Shown here in pieces: positions 9,626-18,656 of a stretch of DNA of 64,000 bases (positions are counted from its first letter, which is position 1; each line of letters begins with the position of its first letter). The translations under genes were made by a program, and so were the position numbers. The notes beneath the pieces are model-generated. The model saw nothing but the letters and a program-made list of their open reading frames with translations, was not told the origin of the DNA and ran no database searches. This DNA comes from an uncultured Chloroflexia bacterium (GTDB lineage Bacteria > Chloroflexota > Anaerolineae > Anaerolineales > Anaerolineaceae). The stretch is taken from positions 70,646 to 134,645 of the forward strand of contig CAWENA010000003.1 of the NCBI GenBank assembly GCA_963810385.1. The letters run 5' to 3'.

Positions 9626-10300
9626 ATGCTGGATCACCTTGCAAAACAAGCAGGTGAATGGGGCACATTTCACCTACTGGTTGATGCAGACGAACACTCC
9701 CAACATTTTGATATTCTGAGGAAGAATGGATTTTCGGTATATGCCTGGCAGCGGATATGGAAATTCCCACCCGGTGCAGCCAATAGTAAAATCCCCACTG
9801 TGGATAAACCAGAAGGAGCCTGGTACCTGGCAGAAGATCGTGACACTATCCAGCTAAAGATGTTTTGTCAGTCGCTTGTGCCTGCGCTGGTGCAACCTAT
9901 AGAATCGCTGTTTGATCGAAAAATGGAAGGATTCCTGGTTCGTTCCGAGGATAACATAACAGCCTATGCAGATGTGATCGCAGGACGGGAAGGTCTATGG
10001 GTGCAGCCATTCGTCCACCCGCAAACCCAAAATGTGCCCGGTTTACTAATGGAATTATTAAACACAATTTGCAAAAAATGTTATACAACTATATACATCT
10101 GTGTCCGTTCTTATCAGGCATGGATAGAATCAGCATTGGAGGAGTTGCCGGTGTTAGCCAGTCCGCGCCAGGCATTAATGGTGCGACACCTGGCGATCAT
10201 GGAAAAAGGTCTTAATACGGTGCGATTGCCCACTTTTGAAAAATCCCTGGTCAAACCGGGATCACCGGTCGCACATTCCAAGACTAATAAGCAGGTTTAA
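9626..10300 (+). CDS. Hypothetical protein, possibly GNAT-like fold; true start probably upstream
   Basis: The ORF begins at the first ATG, but the same frame is open and protein-like back to 9308 with no ATG/GTG/TTG. See the finding at 9308-9628. Confidence 0.5.
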   Translation: MLDHLAKQAGEWGTFHLLVDADEHSQHFDILRKNGFSVYAWQRIWKFPPGAANSKIPTVDKPEGAWYLAEDRDTIQLKMFCQSLVPALVQPIESLFDRKMEGFLVRSEDNITAYADVIAGREGLWVQPFVHPQTQNVPGLLMELLNTICKKCYTTIYICVRSYQAWIESALEELPVLASPRQALMVRHLAIMEKGLNTVRLPTFEKSLVKPGSPVAHSKTNKQV

Positions 10301-10305
10301 ATAAA

Positions 10306-11946
10306 ATGACGCAGAAAAGAATTACAGACGATCTTCACATCCTCATGGGTGTTCTTCCACCGGAAATTGCAAATGCGGTTTCTGGAATCAATAACAGCGA
10401 TAATCTGATCGAGATCATCATGGATCTCGGCCGCCCGCCGACTGCTCGATTTGTCAACAGTGAAATTACGCTGTTGGATCGGGAAGTCACCAGTGATGAT
10501 ATCAACGCGGTTGTGAAACACATTGGCGATTTTGATGCGGATAACCGCGCCGGGTTGGAGAGAACACTTCACCGAATTTCCGCTTTAAGAAACCGTCATA
10601 ACCACATCGTCGGTTTAACCTGCCGGGTTGGACGCGCAGTCTATGGCACAATCGATATCATTCAAGATTTGATCGAATCCGGTAAAAGCCTCCTTTTGTT
10701 GGGGAAACCGGGTATTGGAAAGACCACCATGCTGCGCGAAGCTGCCCGTATGATGGCCGAAAAAAACCGGGTCATCATTGTCGATACTTCCAATGAAATT
10801 GGCGGGGATGGCGATGTTCCTCATCCCGCAGTTGGCAAGGCGCGCCGCATGCAGGTCGCCAGGCCTTCTCTGCAGCATGAGGTGATGATTGAAGCGGTAG
10901 AAAATCACAATCCGGAAGTGATTGTCATCGATGAGATCGGGCGTGAGTTGGAAGCCGCTGCAGCCCGCACAATTGCAGAACGCGGTGTCCAACTGATTGG
11001 CACCGCTCATGGTCGCACCCTGGAAAACTTATTATTGAATCCCACCCTGTCTGACCTGATCGGCGGTATCGAATCGGTTACCCTGTCAGATGAAGAAGCC
11101 CGGCGCCGTGGCACCCAGAAAACTGTGCTGGAGCGACGTTCGCCACCCACCTTTGATGTGTTGATCGAGTTATTGGATCGTGATCGGGTGGCGGTCCATG
11201 CGGATGTCGCCTCTGCTGTGGATGCCCTGGTACGTGGTTACCCCGAACCGGCCGAAATTCGCTTCCGCAAGGAAGATGGCAGCATCGGCTCTGAAATGCA
11301 GGCAATCCCCGCTCCTTCTGCAAGCCGTCCTGGCGGCAGACCCGGCAAACGCAATGGCGACTTCGGGAATGAAATTTCTGCCCAGGGATATCGAAGGCAG
11401 GAATCTTCCAGTGGTTATGGAGCAACTCAAAACCCACGGCTGCAGGACAGTAACAATGGAGAGTTGAAACTGCGTCCGGACCAGCCTATTCGCATTTATC
11501 CCTATGGCGTAGCCCGCAACAGGCTCACCCAGGCTGCCAAACGTCTTGGAGTTCCAGCCGTTGTCGTGCGGGATATCGCTGATGCGCAAGCACTTATTAC
11601 CTTGCGGGCATATTATCGTAACCGCCAGGCAACCATCATCAACGCCGAAGATCGCGGCATGCCGGTTTACGTCCTGCGTGCAAATACCGTTACCCAAATG
11701 GAACAGTTCCTGGCCGATATCTTCAACCTGGATAATGAATCTGCCTCATCCGCCAACATGGATGTCACCGTCCAGCAGACCCAGGCAGCCATTGAAGCTG
11801 TGATGAATGGGGAGCGCTTTGTAGATCTACCCCCGGCTGCTGCCACTGTTCGACGTTTGCAACATGAAATTGCCCGTCAGAATGAATTGGTCTCTCAATC
11901 CTATGGAAAGGAACCCTACCGCCGTGTGCGGATCTTCCGGGAATGA
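10306..11946 (+). CDS. AAA-type ATPase with a basic/R3H-like C-terminal region (SpoIIIAA/Ycf45-like)
   Basis: Walker A GKPGIGKTT, Walker B VIVIDEIG, then GTAHG. Long charged linker and a conserved C-terminal domain. Confidence 0.7.
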   Translation: MTQKRITDDLHILMGVLPPEIANAVSGINNSDNLIEIIMDLGRPPTARFVNSEITLLDREVTSDDINAVVKHIGDFDADNRAGLERTLHRISALRNRHNHIVGLTCRVGRAVYGTIDIIQDLIESGKSLLLLGKPGIGKTTMLREAARMMAEKNRVIIVDTSNEIGGDGDVPHPAVGKARRMQVARPSLQHEVMIEAVENHNPEVIVIDEIGRELEAAAARTIAERGVQLIGTAHGRTLENLLLNPTLSDLIGGIESVTLSDEEARRRGTQKTVLERRSPPTFDVLIELLDRDRVAVHADVASAVDALVRGYPEPAEIRFRKEDGSIGSEMQAIPAPSASRPGGRPGKRNGDFGNEISAQGYRRQESSSGYGATQNPRLQDSNNGELKLRPDQPIRIYPYGVARNRLTQAAKRLGVPAVVVRDIADAQALITLRAYYRNRQATIINAEDRGMPVYVLRANTVTQMEQFLADIFNLDNESASSANMDVTVQQTQAAIEAVMNGERFVDLPPAAATVRRLQHEIARQNELVSQSYGKEPYRRVRIFRE

Positions 11947-12590
11947 GCGGCTACTTTATCACCCTCGAAGGGCCGGACGGCAGCGGTAAAACTGGGCAGA
12001 TCCCAGTCCTGGCAGATCATCTGCGTTGCCAGGGATATGACGTACTATGCACCCGTGAACCCGGCGGAACAGAGATAGGGGACCAGGTACGTAAAGTCAT
12101 CATGGACCTCTCCAATAAAGGAATGGATTCCCGAACCGAGATCCTGTTATTCCAGGCATCGCGTGTCCAGATAATTGAACAGGTGATCCGCCCAGCTTTG
12201 AAAGCCGGTAAGGTGGTTATCTGTGACCGTTACGCCGATTCGACCCTGGCATACCAGGGCTACGGTCACCAGACAGATATGGATTTCTTAAACAAACTGT
12301 TACAATTTGTAACCGGCGGATTAAAACCCGATTTGACCATCCTGTTAGACCTGGATGTAGAAGAAGGCTTGAAGCGTAGGCAACGTGGGGGCGGGGAATG
12401 GAACCGCCTCGATGATTATGATGTAGAATTCCACCGTAGAGTGCGAGCTGGATATCAGCAGCTCGTTAATCTTGAAATAGATCGCTGGGAAGTTATTGAC
12501 GCCCGGCAGCCCAAAGGCGCGATCCAAAAGCAGCTACAGGCAATTGTTTCGCAGCGTTTATTGTTATCAACATCTGAAAGGAAAGAATGA
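11943..12590 (+). CDS. tmk: Thymidylate kinase
   Basis: ITLEGPDGSGKTG P-loop and DRY motif. ATGA overlap with the upstream gene. Confidence 0.9.
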   Translation: MSGYFITLEGPDGSGKTGQIPVLADHLRCQGYDVLCTREPGGTEIGDQVRKVIMDLSNKGMDSRTEILLFQASRVQIIEQVIRPALKAGKVVICDRYADSTLAYQGYGHQTDMDFLNKLLQFVTGGLKPDLTILLDLDVEEGLKRRQRGGGEWNRLDDYDVEFHRRVRAGYQQLVNLEIDRWEVIDARQPKGAIQKQLQAIVSQRLLLSTSERKE

Positions 12591-13879
12591 AACGATCCCT
12601 ACCAAAAGCTTTACTCATACTGGTAGCTCTCTCGGTGATATTGGCCGCTTGTATTCCAAGCCCGGCCGCACCCACCGTAGCACCTACCCAGGTGGCAGCA
12701 ACGCTGCCAGCAGTCCAAACCACTGCCGATCCGGCAGCAGCTCCGCCAACCGTATTGCCAACACTTGGACCAGCCGAATGTAAAGCCGGTCTAAGCGCCA
12801 TCCAACCGCCAACAGCAGAGCAGGCAGCCATGGTGGCGAAGGTCCCTCCGGTAAATGCGAATGACCTGGTTCGTGGTCCGGCAGATGCATCAGTTACCAT
12901 CCTGGAATACAGCGATTATCAATGACCATACTGCGCCCAATTTGCTCCCGTGTTGGAGCAACTCCTCAAAGAATTCCCCGATGATCTGCGCACAGTTTTC
13001 CGTCACTTCCCGCTGCCATCCCACGCCAACTCCCTTCTCGCAACTCAGGCCGTGGAAGCCGCCGGGATGCAGGGTAAGCTCTATGAAATGTCCGATCATA
13101 TCTTTGCCAACCAGGCTATCTGGAGTCCAATGGACATATCTGCTTTCGAATCCTGGCTAACGACAGAAGCCGAAACACTGGGCTTAAATAAAGACCAGTT
13201 CGTAAAGGATATGAAGAGTGATGCTGTCGTGGCGAAAGTGCTCGAATATCAAAAGCAGGCAATGGATGCTGGCGTTACCTACACCCCGTTCATCATGGTC
13301 AATGGGCGTATCTGGGAAGGGATCGACCTCCCCAACATGCGGATCCTTGTTCAACTTTTGCGGGAAGATAAAAACCTCTTCCCGGATTGCCCGCCAACCG
13401 TCCTTGGGCCCGGCAGAAAATATACTGCCACCATCGAAACAGAAATTGGCAATATTGTAATGGCATTGAATACAGATCAGGTCCCGTTGTCTGCAAATGC
13501 TTTCGTCTGGTTGGTTCAACAGGGTTGGTATGACAACACAACCTTCTTCAATGTCATGCGCGATGACCCAAGTCAGATCGAGATCGCCCTGACGGGCGAC
13601 CGAACCGAAACAGGGTACGGGACGGCTGGTTTCAGTATTTCACCGGAAATTGTGTCCGACCTCAATTTTACCCAACCGGGTACAGTTGGATTTGTCAATG
13701 GCAACCAATTATTCATTTCCTACAGCGCCCTCCCGAAATTGGATGGTCGCTATACAGTTTTGGGTAACGTGATCGAAGGTATGGATGTCGTCCAGAACCT
13801 AGCTATCACTAAAATTGATGCTGAAGGCCGTTTTTCACCTGGCACCAAGATCATTAAAGTGACCATATCAGAGCAATGA
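12587..13879 (+). CDS. Lipoprotein fusing a DsbA-like thioredoxin-fold domain to a cyclophilin-like domain; one in-frame TGA (12923-12925) at the first position of the xPYC redox motif (selenocysteine candidate, otherwise a nonsense mutation)
   Basis: Track ORFs 12587-12925 and 12950-13879 share one frame. Read-through gives EYSDYQ-[TGA]-PYCAQFAPVLEQL. Signal peptide with lipobox LAAC. The C-terminal half aligns by eye to cyclophilin (QLFISYSALPKLDGRYTVLGNVIEGMDVV). Confidence 0.7.
12942..12961 (+). promoter_or_regulatory. SECIS-like stem-loop downstream of the in-frame TGA
   Basis: TTGCTCC (12942-12948) pairs perfectly with GGAGCAA (12955-12961). The loop is CGTGTT. The stem starts 16 nt after the TGA. 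Confidence 0.4.
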
Positions 13880-15084
13880 TCTCTGGTAGTCAAAAACCTC
13901 ACATTCCAAGCATCGCCCAGTTCGTCCTAAGCGGATTGGGCCTGCTTGCCCTGTGGGGTTTAGCATTGGTCTATGTTGTGATGGGAGTAGTGGATTTCTC
14001 AGCTGCAAACCAAAATTCTCAAACCGCCTCCCTCTTCCTTGTTGCGATAGATTTCTTTGTTCTCGGGTTGCTTGTTTTACCCTCCCTCGTTTTCAGCCTC
14101 ATGCGGATGATCAATCATCCCTTATCCAACCCAATTAGCCGCACACCTCGTTTTCAGCTGGCCATCATTCTACTGTGGCCATTGATCCTATACCTGGGAA
14201 ATCTTTTTATTCAGGCTGAGGACTGGAGCGCCTATCTGTTTCCAGTTACCCAGGTCTTAGCTGTGCTCTTGCTGGTCTATTGGTTTTTTTCCATTGCCAC
14301 CCTGGGGATGATACGAACAAGTCCTCAGCGCAGCTGGGGACTCCTTGCTTCCGGGATGTTTGGCGGTACAGGCCTTTCCATTTTAATAGAACTGCTGGGG
14401 ATTCTGCTTTTACTAATAGGCTTCATCGCGCTCGTAATTCTTATCCCCAGTCTGCAGGATGAGATCAATCGACTTGCAACCCGAATTTCCACGGTTGGCA
14501 ATGATATGGACGCACTGATGCGAATCTTGACTCCATATTTTTCCAAACCCGCAATAATTATCTCCCTGATTCTTTCCACATCCATCATAGTGCCTCTGAT
14601 TGAAGAAGCCTTAAAGCCTGTTGGATTATGGTTCCTTTCCCGCAAAAACCTATCCTCAGCCGAGGGGTTCATGGGAGGGGTCATCAGCGGCGCCGGGTTT
14701 GCCATTGTTGAAAGCCTTTTTAATACAGCCCAGGTGATGGGTGATACCTGGATTCTTGTTTCTTCCATGCGTTTTGGAACAACCCTGATTCATATGCTCG
14801 CTTCCGGGTTGGTAGGCTGGGGTTTGGCAGGCGCTTGGACACAGAGGAAATACCTGCGGCTGGCTGGAGCTTATCTGGGGGCAGTAATATTGCACGGGGG
14901 TTGGAACGCGATGGCTATCTTTTTTTCTGTCAACCAGCTTTCATCAACACAACCGCCTGTGAGCCTGATCTCATCCAGTAAATTATTAATTGTCGGTTTG
15001 GGGGTATGGGCATTGATTGCCTTCATTTTATTACTGTTTGTGAATTCACAGCTTCGCAAATGTAAACCGTTGCCTCTGATTTAA
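13876..15084 (+). CDS. PrsW-family intramembrane protease
   Basis: Polytopic membrane protein with IEEALKP (EExxK), GFAIVESLFN and HGGWN motifs. ATGA overlap with the upstream gene. Confidence 0.7.
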   Translation: MISGSQKPHIPSIAQFVLSGLGLLALWGLALVYVVMGVVDFSAANQNSQTASLFLVAIDFFVLGLLVLPSLVFSLMRMINHPLSNPISRTPRFQLAIILLWPLILYLGNLFIQAEDWSAYLFPVTQVLAVLLLVYWFFSIATLGMIRTSPQRSWGLLASGMFGGTGLSILIELLGILLLLIGFIALVILIPSLQDEINRLATRISTVGNDMDALMRILTPYFSKPAIIISLILSTSIIVPLIEEALKPVGLWFLSRKNLSSAEGFMGGVISGAGFAIVESLFNTAQVMGDTWILVSSMRFGTTLIHMLASGLVGWGLAGAWTQRKYLRLAGAYLGAVILHGGWNAMAIFFSVNQLSSTQPPVSLISSSKLLIVGLGVWALIAFILLLFVNSQLRKCKPLPLI

Positions 15085-15139
15085 TCCACCAAATTTCATG
15101 CTATAATCCCCCACATTAATCCAAATACAAAGGCAGAAC

Positions 15140-15787
15140 ATGCAAATAATCACCTTTCTGATCGACCTGATCCTGCATCTCGATGAACACCTCACTCTAT
15201 TAATCACCCAATTTGGTCCTTGGACATACATGATACTATTCCTTGTGATCTTCATGGAGACCGGGCTGGTCGTTACCCCTTTCCTGCCAGGTGATTCCCT
15301 GCTCTTTGCCGCCGGCGCCCTGGCCGCACTGGATGGCTCCCCGTTGAATGTAGTGCTTCTTTGGGCACTCCTGGCAATTGCAGCCGTAATGGGTGATTCT
15401 GTCAATTATTCCATTGGTAAATATATCGGTCCCAAAGCCTTCACTACAAAATCGCGTCTCTTAAAACAGGAATACCTACTGCACGCCCAGGAATTCTATA
15501 AAAAGCATGGTCGCATCACGATTTTTTTAGCCCGTTTCATTCCGATCATCCGCACGTTCGCTCCATTTGTTGCAGGGATTGGCGAAATGCCCTACGGCTA
15601 CTTCATTAGTTACAACATCATCGGCGGCATAGTATGGACTGTATTGTTCATTTTCGGCGGTTATTTCTTTGGTAACCTGCCTTTCGTCAGGGATAACTTC
15701 TCCATTGTGGTCATCGCCATCATCATCATTTCCTTCCTCCCCGCAGTTTGGGAAGTCATCAAGGCAAAGAGGAAACCTGCTGGGTAA
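15140..15787 (+). CDS. DedA-family membrane protein
   Basis: VTPFLPGDSLLFAAG and RFIPIIRTFAPFVAG motifs. Confidence 0.85.
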   Translation: MQIITFLIDLILHLDEHLTLLITQFGPWTYMILFLVIFMETGLVVTPFLPGDSLLFAAGALAALDGSPLNVVLLWALLAIAAVMGDSVNYSIGKYIGPKAFTTKSRLLKQEYLLHAQEFYKKHGRITIFLARFIPIIRTFAPFVAGIGEMPYGYFISYNIIGGIVWTVLFIFGGYFFGNLPFVRDNFSIVVIAIIIISFLPAVWEVIKAKRKPAG

Positions 15788-15918
15788 TCCATTGAATAGG
15801 AAGATGTAAAGATCAAGCTATGGATACCTGCCCCAGTTTCAACCTTCACCAAAAGCATATACAACGATAAGATATTGTGTATAATGATATTATGGATGAG
15901 CAATCATCCTAATTCACG

Positions 15919-15950
15919 TCCGGCGCCCCCCTCGCCGGATGTGTTTTATT
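15919..15950 (+). terminator. Rho-independent terminator candidate after the DedA gene
   Basis: TCCGGCG / CGCCGGA 7-bp stem with a C-rich loop, followed by TGTGTTTTATT. Confidence 0.55.
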
Positions 15951-16038
15951 CCTGCAAACCCTTATAAACTTATTCATCAGATGAATAGCCCGAAACGTGT
16001 TAAAATAAATATTTAAATTCTTAAGTTGGCAGGTAGAA

Positions 16039-17814
16039 ATGCAAAATCATTGGCCTCATAAAATTATTGGCGATAAGATCGTTTTCCGCACGAAGGACCG
16101 TGTCTGTGAAAACGCGGAGGAGCTCCTCTCAAGCCGTCTGTGTTACAAAGTCATCCGGCGCTGCGTGCAAGAGCTTTCCCAACGCAATTCCCCTCTTGCC
16201 AATATTTTTGATCATCGCGTTATAACGGATGAGGATATTCAATTATTGGTGGATACCCTTCGTTTCAGTATGAAGATCGAAGTGGATCTCATTCCAAAAG
16301 TCCTGCCAGGCGCTGGTCAATTCTTTCGGGATCGCGACCTGCTTGTGCAATTTGTGGAGTATGCCTACAACTACTGGCGCCATTTTCAGCGCATTATCGT
16401 ATGTGATTCTGAGGGCAATCGGCTCGGCCATCGCCCTTACCAGACGTTCAACCGCACAGTTGAGACACTAACAAGTGTGGTGCGCAACACTTATCGTGAC
16501 ATGCAGGAGAACCTCTCTGGCAATCATCCACGGATTTATCGCCAGGTACCCGCTGGAGCAGAAATTGCTACGATCGCTTTGCCGCGCGCGATTCCCTACC
16601 CTATCCCGATATATGAACGCTTGAACAACATCCCGGTGATTCGTCAGATTCTAATTTATCCACCTTTGATATTCAATCCGCCGATGAACAAAAGAAGTGG
16701 CGTCTTTGAACGGGTATTCAAGAATCCACTCGAGGGATTGGAGCTAAAACCAAAAAACTGGTTATGCTACCCAGCAAAAGTTGGTCCGTTATTGATAATG
16801 GTCTACTTTTCTTTTAAGTTTGCTGAGCTTGGCTTTTCCCTTTGCAATTTATTTGAGATGGCAGACGGAGATGACATCCAGCGTAAACCAGATGCAGCGT
16901 ACTTATTTGGGGTTCCCGAAGAAGATTTTCCGGATTTTGGTGAAGGCAAAACCATATTTTTCGACGACGAGCAGAATGATATGCTGATGGCGGCGATCCC
17001 CGATTCCAATGTCTTCGGTTATTTTGGATACTTAAAGAAAATGATCCTTACCCTGCATAACATTGTGATGATGAAACGCGGCCATATGCCCTTTCATGGA
17101 GCGCTTGTATCACTCAAGGTACGTGGTGGAGAACCGCTGACCATCCTGACAATCGGAGATACCGGCGCTGGCAAATCAGAGTCGCTGGAAGCTTTTCGCC
17201 AGATTGGTGGGGATGAGATCGAAGATATCACCATAATCGCTGATGATATGGGTTCGCTAACACATCAAATGGATGGCAAGGTGGTTGGCTATGGCACCGA
17301 AACCGGCGCTTTCATCCGCCTCGATGACCTTCAACCCGGTTACGCATTTGGGCAGATGGACCGCACCATCATCATGAGTCCAGACCAGGTAAATGCCCGG
17401 GTTGTTCTGCCAGTTACAACATACAATACGATTATGCGGGGATACCCGATCGATGTTGTTCTATATGCAAATAACTATCAGGAAGTACCGGATGGCGAAT
17501 CTACGATAAGCTGGTTTGACAACGCAGAGGACGCATTAAAGGTTTTCCGCGCCGGGAATGTGATGAGTAAAGGCACGACCACCACCACCGGACTGAATGC
17601 CACCTATTTTGCCAATGTGTTTGGCCCCCAGCAGTACCAGGATGTTCATGAAAAGATTGCGGATGAATACTTTGCAGCTCTGTTTAAGAGTGGCGCCCGG
17701 GTGGGTGAACTTTACACCCAACTGGGGATCAACGGGAATGAACACAGCGGCCCGGAGCGCGCAGCGAGGGATATTCTGGATCTGGCAAAAGGCAAACACG
17801 ACAAAAAAGTTTAA
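16039..17814 (+). CDS. Uncharacterized 591-aa protein with an HPr-kinase/PEPCK-like P-loop region in its C-terminal half
   Basis: ILTIGDTGAGKSESLEAF followed by IIADDMG resembles the HprK/P GxSGxGKSE...ADD arrangement. The N-terminal ~350 aa match nothing I recognise. Confidence 0.6.
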   Translation: MQNHWPHKIIGDKIVFRTKDRVCENAEELLSSRLCYKVIRRCVQELSQRNSPLANIFDHRVITDEDIQLLVDTLRFSMKIEVDLIPKVLPGAGQFFRDRDLLVQFVEYAYNYWRHFQRIIVCDSEGNRLGHRPYQTFNRTVETLTSVVRNTYRDMQENLSGNHPRIYRQVPAGAEIATIALPRAIPYPIPIYERLNNIPVIRQILIYPPLIFNPPMNKRSGVFERVFKNPLEGLELKPKNWLCYPAKVGPLLIMVYFSFKFAELGFSLCNLFEMADGDDIQRKPDAAYLFGVPEEDFPDFGEGKTIFFDDEQNDMLMAAIPDSNVFGYFGYLKKMILTLHNIVMMKRGHMPFHGALVSLKVRGGEPLTILTIGDTGAGKSESLEAFRQIGGDEIEDITIIADDMGSLTHQMDGKVVGYGTETGAFIRLDDLQPGYAFGQMDRTIIMSPDQVNARVVLPVTTYNTIMRGYPIDVVLYANNYQEVPDGESTISWFDNAEDALKVFRAGNVMSKGTTTTTGLNATYFANVFGPQQYQDVHEKIADEYFAALFKSGARVGELYTQLGINGNEHSGPERAARDILDLAKGKHDKKV

Positions 17815-18497
17815 TCCAGCAGGATTCTTTCAATATCTTCAAAATTCACTTGATCAAGGCGGTTAACCAGCAGGTTGGCCGTTTTTGATTCCGCGCGGGA
17901 AAGCGAAGATGAAACTGCTATGCATAGATACCCGGCCCTGTGGGCGCCCAGTACACCGGCTGGAGAGTCTTCGATGACGATCCCGGTTTTAGGGTTGGCA
18001 CCAAGCTGTCTGCCCGCTTCGATAAATACCCACGGGTCCGGTTTTCCGGCTTGACCGAATGCCGAAATAATGGCATTGAAATATGGACGAATGCCGGTTT
18101 CATCCACCACCGCGTCAATATTTGCCATCGGGGCGGAGGAAGCCACTGCCTGGGGTACGTGATATGCGGCAAACCGTTCCAGCCAGGTGCGCACTCCAGG
18201 CAGCACCACCACCCGTCCTTTGACGGCTGCCCTGAAGGCGTTTTCCTTTTCATCGCTTATCTTAAGCAATTCGTCATCCGGGAAGTCGTCGCCCAAAATA
18301 CTGTGAACGATGGATTGGTTGTTCATACCAAAAGTTGTATTGAAAAGTTCCCGGTCATACACGACTTTATATGGAGCAAGTGCATCCACCCAGGATTGAT
18401 AATGTGCATCGGCGGTGTCCACCAGCACCCCATCCATATCCCACAGGATGCCGGAGGGTTTGATTTTGGCAAAATGTTGATCGGATGGTTTCGGCAT
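17811..18497 (-). CDS. HAD-superfamily hydrolase (beta-phosphoglucomutase-like)
   Basis: WDMDGVLVDT motif I, SS motif II, and a K...EDS motif III/IV region. The start is placed at MPKPS, which has GGAGAA upstream. Its stop overlaps the convergent upstream gene. Confidence 0.85.
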   Translation of the reverse strand: MPKPSDQHFAKIKPSGILWDMDGVLVDTADAHYQSWVDALAPYKVVYDRELFNTTFGMNNQSIVHSILGDDFPDDELLKISDEKENAFRAAVKGRVVVLPGVRTWLERFAAYHVPQAVASSAPMANIDAVVDETGIRPYFNAIISAFGQAGKPDPWVFIEAGRQLGANPKTGIVIEDSPAGVLGAHRAGYLCIAVSSSLSRAESKTANLLVNRLDQVNFEDIERILLD

Positions 18498-18656
18498 GTG
18501 TTCTCCATGGCAATGGCGCGTTGATTGCAAAATTCTCCTGATGCCTCAACGGAATGTGAAACGGTTAATGGATGCTTACCGTATAATGATTAAGAGCAGA
18601 TTTCAATGATCTGTGCCTGATTATGCTATGATTCATCAGATATTGGAAGGGATGAT

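Noticed and set aside
12923-12925. Alternative genetic code (UGA read as Trp or Gly) as an explanation for the in-frame TGA
   Set aside because: Several well-defined genes in the window end at TGA at the expected protein C-termini (514-516, 11944-11946, 12588-12590, 13877-13879), so TGA is a normal stop in this organism.
17811-17814. Four-nucleotide overlap of the convergent stop codons of the P-loop protein gene and the HAD hydrolase gene (TTAA)
   Set aside because: The overlap is real in the sequence, but it is a trivial consequence of TAA being complementary to TTA. No structure or regulatory implication is evident.
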